Source: Eledone cirrhosa
Lineage: Eukaryota
DNA: 64,000 nt
Reading direction: 5' to 3'
NCBI GenBank assembly: GCA_964016885.1
Contig: OZ024742.1
Span: 298,654,001 to 298,718,000, forward strand
Position numbers and translations under genes: made by a program. Shown piece after piece: positions 58,364-64,000 of the stretch. The notes under the pieces were generated by a model. That model was not told the origin of the DNA, made no database searches, and saw only the letters and a list, made by a program, of their open reading frames with translations. The number at the start of each line of letters is the position of its first letter. Position 1 is the stretch's first letter.

Positions 58364-59279
58364 TCTAGTCCTGTAGAAGCCATTTCTCTCTCTATATATA
58401 TATATATTTACAAAGGATACAAAACAAACACGGGAATGCAAAAATACAGTTATATTATATTCACTCAAACATACCTACATACATATATGTATGTATGTTC
58501 GTTGGTTTAGTTCGTAAATGGGAAAGTAAGAGAGCACGTAATACAAGTTGTAGAGTACATTATCTATTTAAATAGAATTTTTTCTCATGCAACTAGAGTT
58601 TGCCGATACAGCTATATTATATTCAAACATGTATATAACGTAAGGGCTGGTGTCATATATACTGGGGTAGCTTAAAGCTTTTGTCGGTAATTATCATTTT
58701 CATTGGTTAGTTTCCAAAATTGTCTTCTGTTGTTCTATGTTACAAATCATTAGCGACTTTGACTATAGCTATTGTTTGGCTTGGCTGCTTCTCAACGTTG
58801 TTATGTTTTCTACTGTTTTCGTAGTTTCATTTGTAACTCATTGTTGTAATATGTTTATGGTCACTGTTACCAATCTATTTGTCGTTTTGTTGTTTTGAAC
58901 TTTTCCAGATTGAGCAGTCATGGTATAGTATCTGTTCTCTATCTGATAATCTGTTTTTCTAACTTCAGTTTGGTATATTTTATATCCAGTTTATCTAGAT
59001 TTGCTGAAGAGGGGTCTATAAAAACAAAAGAAATAAAGAAGAGAAACGCGAGGCAACGGAACAAAACTGCGTCTACATGCTTCTAGTATAATTCTGTTTT
59101 CACAAAGGAAATCTAAAAGAATCAGTTAGAGATGAGTAAATATTTGGGGAAGAAATGAATGTTGTTAACTCAGCTAGACACATAACGTGCTACTTTATAT
59201 CGTCACTGGTGCAATACATCTAGTCTTTTACAGGCTTCAGAGGTTAGACTGCATGTATGAAGGAGCAGATTTAAACTTG

Positions 59280-59805
<526 letters not shown>

Positions 59806-59851
59806 TCAATAAATTACACAATTATCAAAGTTGTGTTCAAATCATTTAATA

Positions 59852-59896
59852 GCTGACAATCGTTTCTTCCAAACTCTCGTTTGGAGTCATCGGGGC
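59852..59896 (-). ncRNA. Degenerate minimal hammerhead (CCGAUGA)
   Basis: Minus: gcc-CCGATGA-c tccaaac GAGA gtttgga a-GAAA-cgattg-TC-agc. Confidence 0.65.
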
Positions 59897-60559
59897 GTTA
59901 TCAATGTTTGCACATATAATTAACCTCCTATTCAACTAAACAATAATATAGATACATATAAATTGATGTTGTGAGCAACAGTTTCGTATTTACAGGGTGG
60001 CATGGATGTGACATATATTTCACGGGAATTGTACAATAATTGTACAAACATTCAAATTTAAAATTAAAATCAAAATTAAATTAAAATCAAAATCAAAATC
60101 AAAAGCACTGAGTGGAATACATGCAACAGTTAAAACAAGGGAACAGTCCAAATATTAAAGAGACATTGGGGAAGCAGTTTTGTGAAAGGAAGAATGCGAT
60201 AACAATTCATATGCAGGCGTGTGGATATTGTGACTGCGTAGTCATATACATGATAGGGAGACAAGCAAGGCTATTATGCACATATAGATGTATAAGTAGA
60301 TGAACAAATACTGCAGTTAAATCAAATATGTTAATGTATTAGAGTCTATGGGGGTTGTTGGATGTTGATGGTGTTCAAAATAATGTGTGTTGAGAAACAT
60401 ACAGTTTTTGCAGACTTTTCCATGACATATGTTGAAATGAAATTTAGTTAGTGTTTATATTGAGTGTTTTAAGTTAGTTAGAGCAATGGATTGTAAATTA
60501 GTCTCAATGAACTCATATTAATAGACTATATTTGATCCAACTATTTTAATTTAATTTTG

Positions 60560-60645
60560 ATATATGTATATAAATACACACACAAACATATATATATATA
60601 CATATATATATAAATATATACACACGTATATATATACATATATAC

Positions 60646-60697
<52 letters not shown>

Positions 60698-60721
60698 GTA
60701 TATATACATATATATGTATAC

Positions 60722-60766
<45 letters not shown>

Positions 60767-60770
60767 CATA

Positions 60771-60818
<48 letters not shown>

Positions 60819-60834
60819 CATATATATGTATATA

Positions 60835-60868
<34 letters not shown>

Positions 60869-60872
60869 CATA

Positions 60873-60932
<60 letters not shown>

Positions 60933-61177
60933 TACATATATATGTATATATATATATAAATATATAATATAAATATACATATATATGTATATATATATAC
61001 ATATATATGTATATATATACATATATATGTATATATATACATATATATGTATGTATATATATATATATGTATATATATACATATATATGTATATATACAT
61101 ATATATGTATATATATATATATATGTATATATATACATATATATGTATATATATATATATATGTATATATATACATA

Positions 61178-61265
<88 letters not shown>

Positions 61266-61398
61266 TATGTATATATATACATATATATATATATATACAT
61301 ATATATGTATATATATACATATATATATATATATACATATATATGTATATATATACATATATATATATATACATATATATATATACGTATATATATAC

Positions 61399-61458
<60 letters not shown>
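60560..61458. repeat. (TA)n tract with mixed CA/TG interruptions
   Basis: Direct reading. Confidence 0.97.
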
Positions 61459-61464
<6 letters not shown>

Positions 61465-61597
61465 GTGAGGTTTTTTTTACAAAATGAAAAATAACCGAGG
61501 TGTCCTAAACGAGTGAAAGTATAAAGAAAAAGAGATGAAATCTCGAAAATGCAACTGAAGTCTTATTTTTTAAAAAAATATATATATTTATTTGGTT

Positions 61598-61635
61598 CCA
61601 TTACCGGTTTCGCAGTTGTTCTGCTTTTCAAGTGG
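61598..61635 (-). ncRNA. Minimal hammerhead with U3-A8 core
   Basis: Minus: ccac-TTGAAAA-gcag aacaa ctgc-GAAA-ccgg-TA-atgg. Confidence 0.75.
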
Positions 61636-61758
61636 CAGTGAGAATTTTCAGTGCCTGGAATCCAGTCCTCGATAGCTGTTCCATTTACCGAATTATTATA
61701 ATTTTTATATGAGTCCCCAGTGTCCGCGCATTGCCTGGAGACTTGGCTGAGAATAGAT

Positions 61759-61838
61759 CTCCCTGATGACGCAATGAAATTCTCAACAGTTCATTACGTA
61801 ACTGTCTTTATCCCATTGCAGAAACTAATTAGTTGGAG
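61759..61838 (+). ncRNA. Hammerhead ribozyme
   Basis: ctcc-CTGATGA-c gcaatg..acagtt/aactgt..cattgc a-GAAA-ctaattag-TT-ggag. Confidence 0.85.
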
Positions 61839-61905
61839 TGAAAATTTAAGCAAGTAACTTAATTTAAAAAAAAAATTTTTTTTTTTTAAATTTTCTTATT
61901 TTACG

Positions 61906-62061
<156 letters not shown>

Positions 62062-62158
62062 ATATAATATATATTATGTATACTCCAGTCCTACAAACTG
62101 TAGAGTGCTTCTTATCCGATATCTGCATTGCTTTATTGTACTACAATAAAACTCACCT

Positions 62159-63588
<1,430 letters not shown>

Positions 63589-63757
63589 TATTAAGGATAC
63601 TATTTATGGTTATGTATATAATAAAACCTTATATAGTTATATATATTTTAAACCCTAAATAGTGGAAGACAGTAATTCAATGGGTCAATATATACATATG
63701 TTTTTATATGTCTCTTGTGTTGAAAAGGAGGTGAAGTATGTTAAAATCACTAAATAG

Positions 63758-63806
63758 TTGCTCCGAAGAAACCAAACCTCGGTTAGGAGGAAACAATTGT
63801 AATCAA
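63758..63806 (+). ncRNA. Degenerate minimal hammerhead (CCGAAGA)
   Basis: ttgct-CCGAAGA-..aacc tc ggtt..-GAAA-caattg-TA-atcaa. Confidence 0.6.
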
Positions 63807-63839
63807 ATAAATGATTTAAACTGAACTTTGATTCATGTA

Positions 63840-63845
<6 letters not shown>

Positions 63846-63880
<35 letters not shown>

Positions 63881-63914
63881 TACATATATATATACATATA
63901 TATATACATATATA

Positions 63915-63946
<32 letters not shown>

Positions 63947-63953
63947 CATATAC

Positions 63954-63984
<31 letters not shown>

Positions 63985-64000
63985 CATATATATACATATA
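63846..64000. repeat. (TA)n tract with CA interruptions
   Basis: Direct reading. Confidence 0.95.

Overview
AT-rich eukaryotic repeat DNA, most likely from an octopod cephalopod (inferred from the SINE families and very long (TA)n tracts). I found no convincing host gene; the many long I/Y/M/C 'ORFs' are translations of microsatellite. The window is a nest of retroelements sitting in (TA)n tracts. There are three Naiad-type Penelope-like elements (PLEs, RT + GIY-YIG): one near-intact but split by a non-autonomous Helitron, one 5'-truncated, and one decayed. It also holds a decayed Neptune/Penelope-type PLE, two 5'-truncated CR1-group LINEs, RTE-type and Dong/R4-type fragments, many tRNA-derived SINEs and small MITE/foldback elements. 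The main hidden signal is about 17 hammerhead ribozyme (HHR) motifs, read by eye on both strands, in PLE pseudo-LTRs and in ORF-less islands between (TA)n tracts. They include U3-A8 compensatory core variants, recurrent U4C and A9U variants, a conserved extra domain in stem II, foldback units with a ribozyme on each strand, and a rod-like retrozyme candidate at ~18.5 kb. All structures were derived by manual pairing; none were computed.
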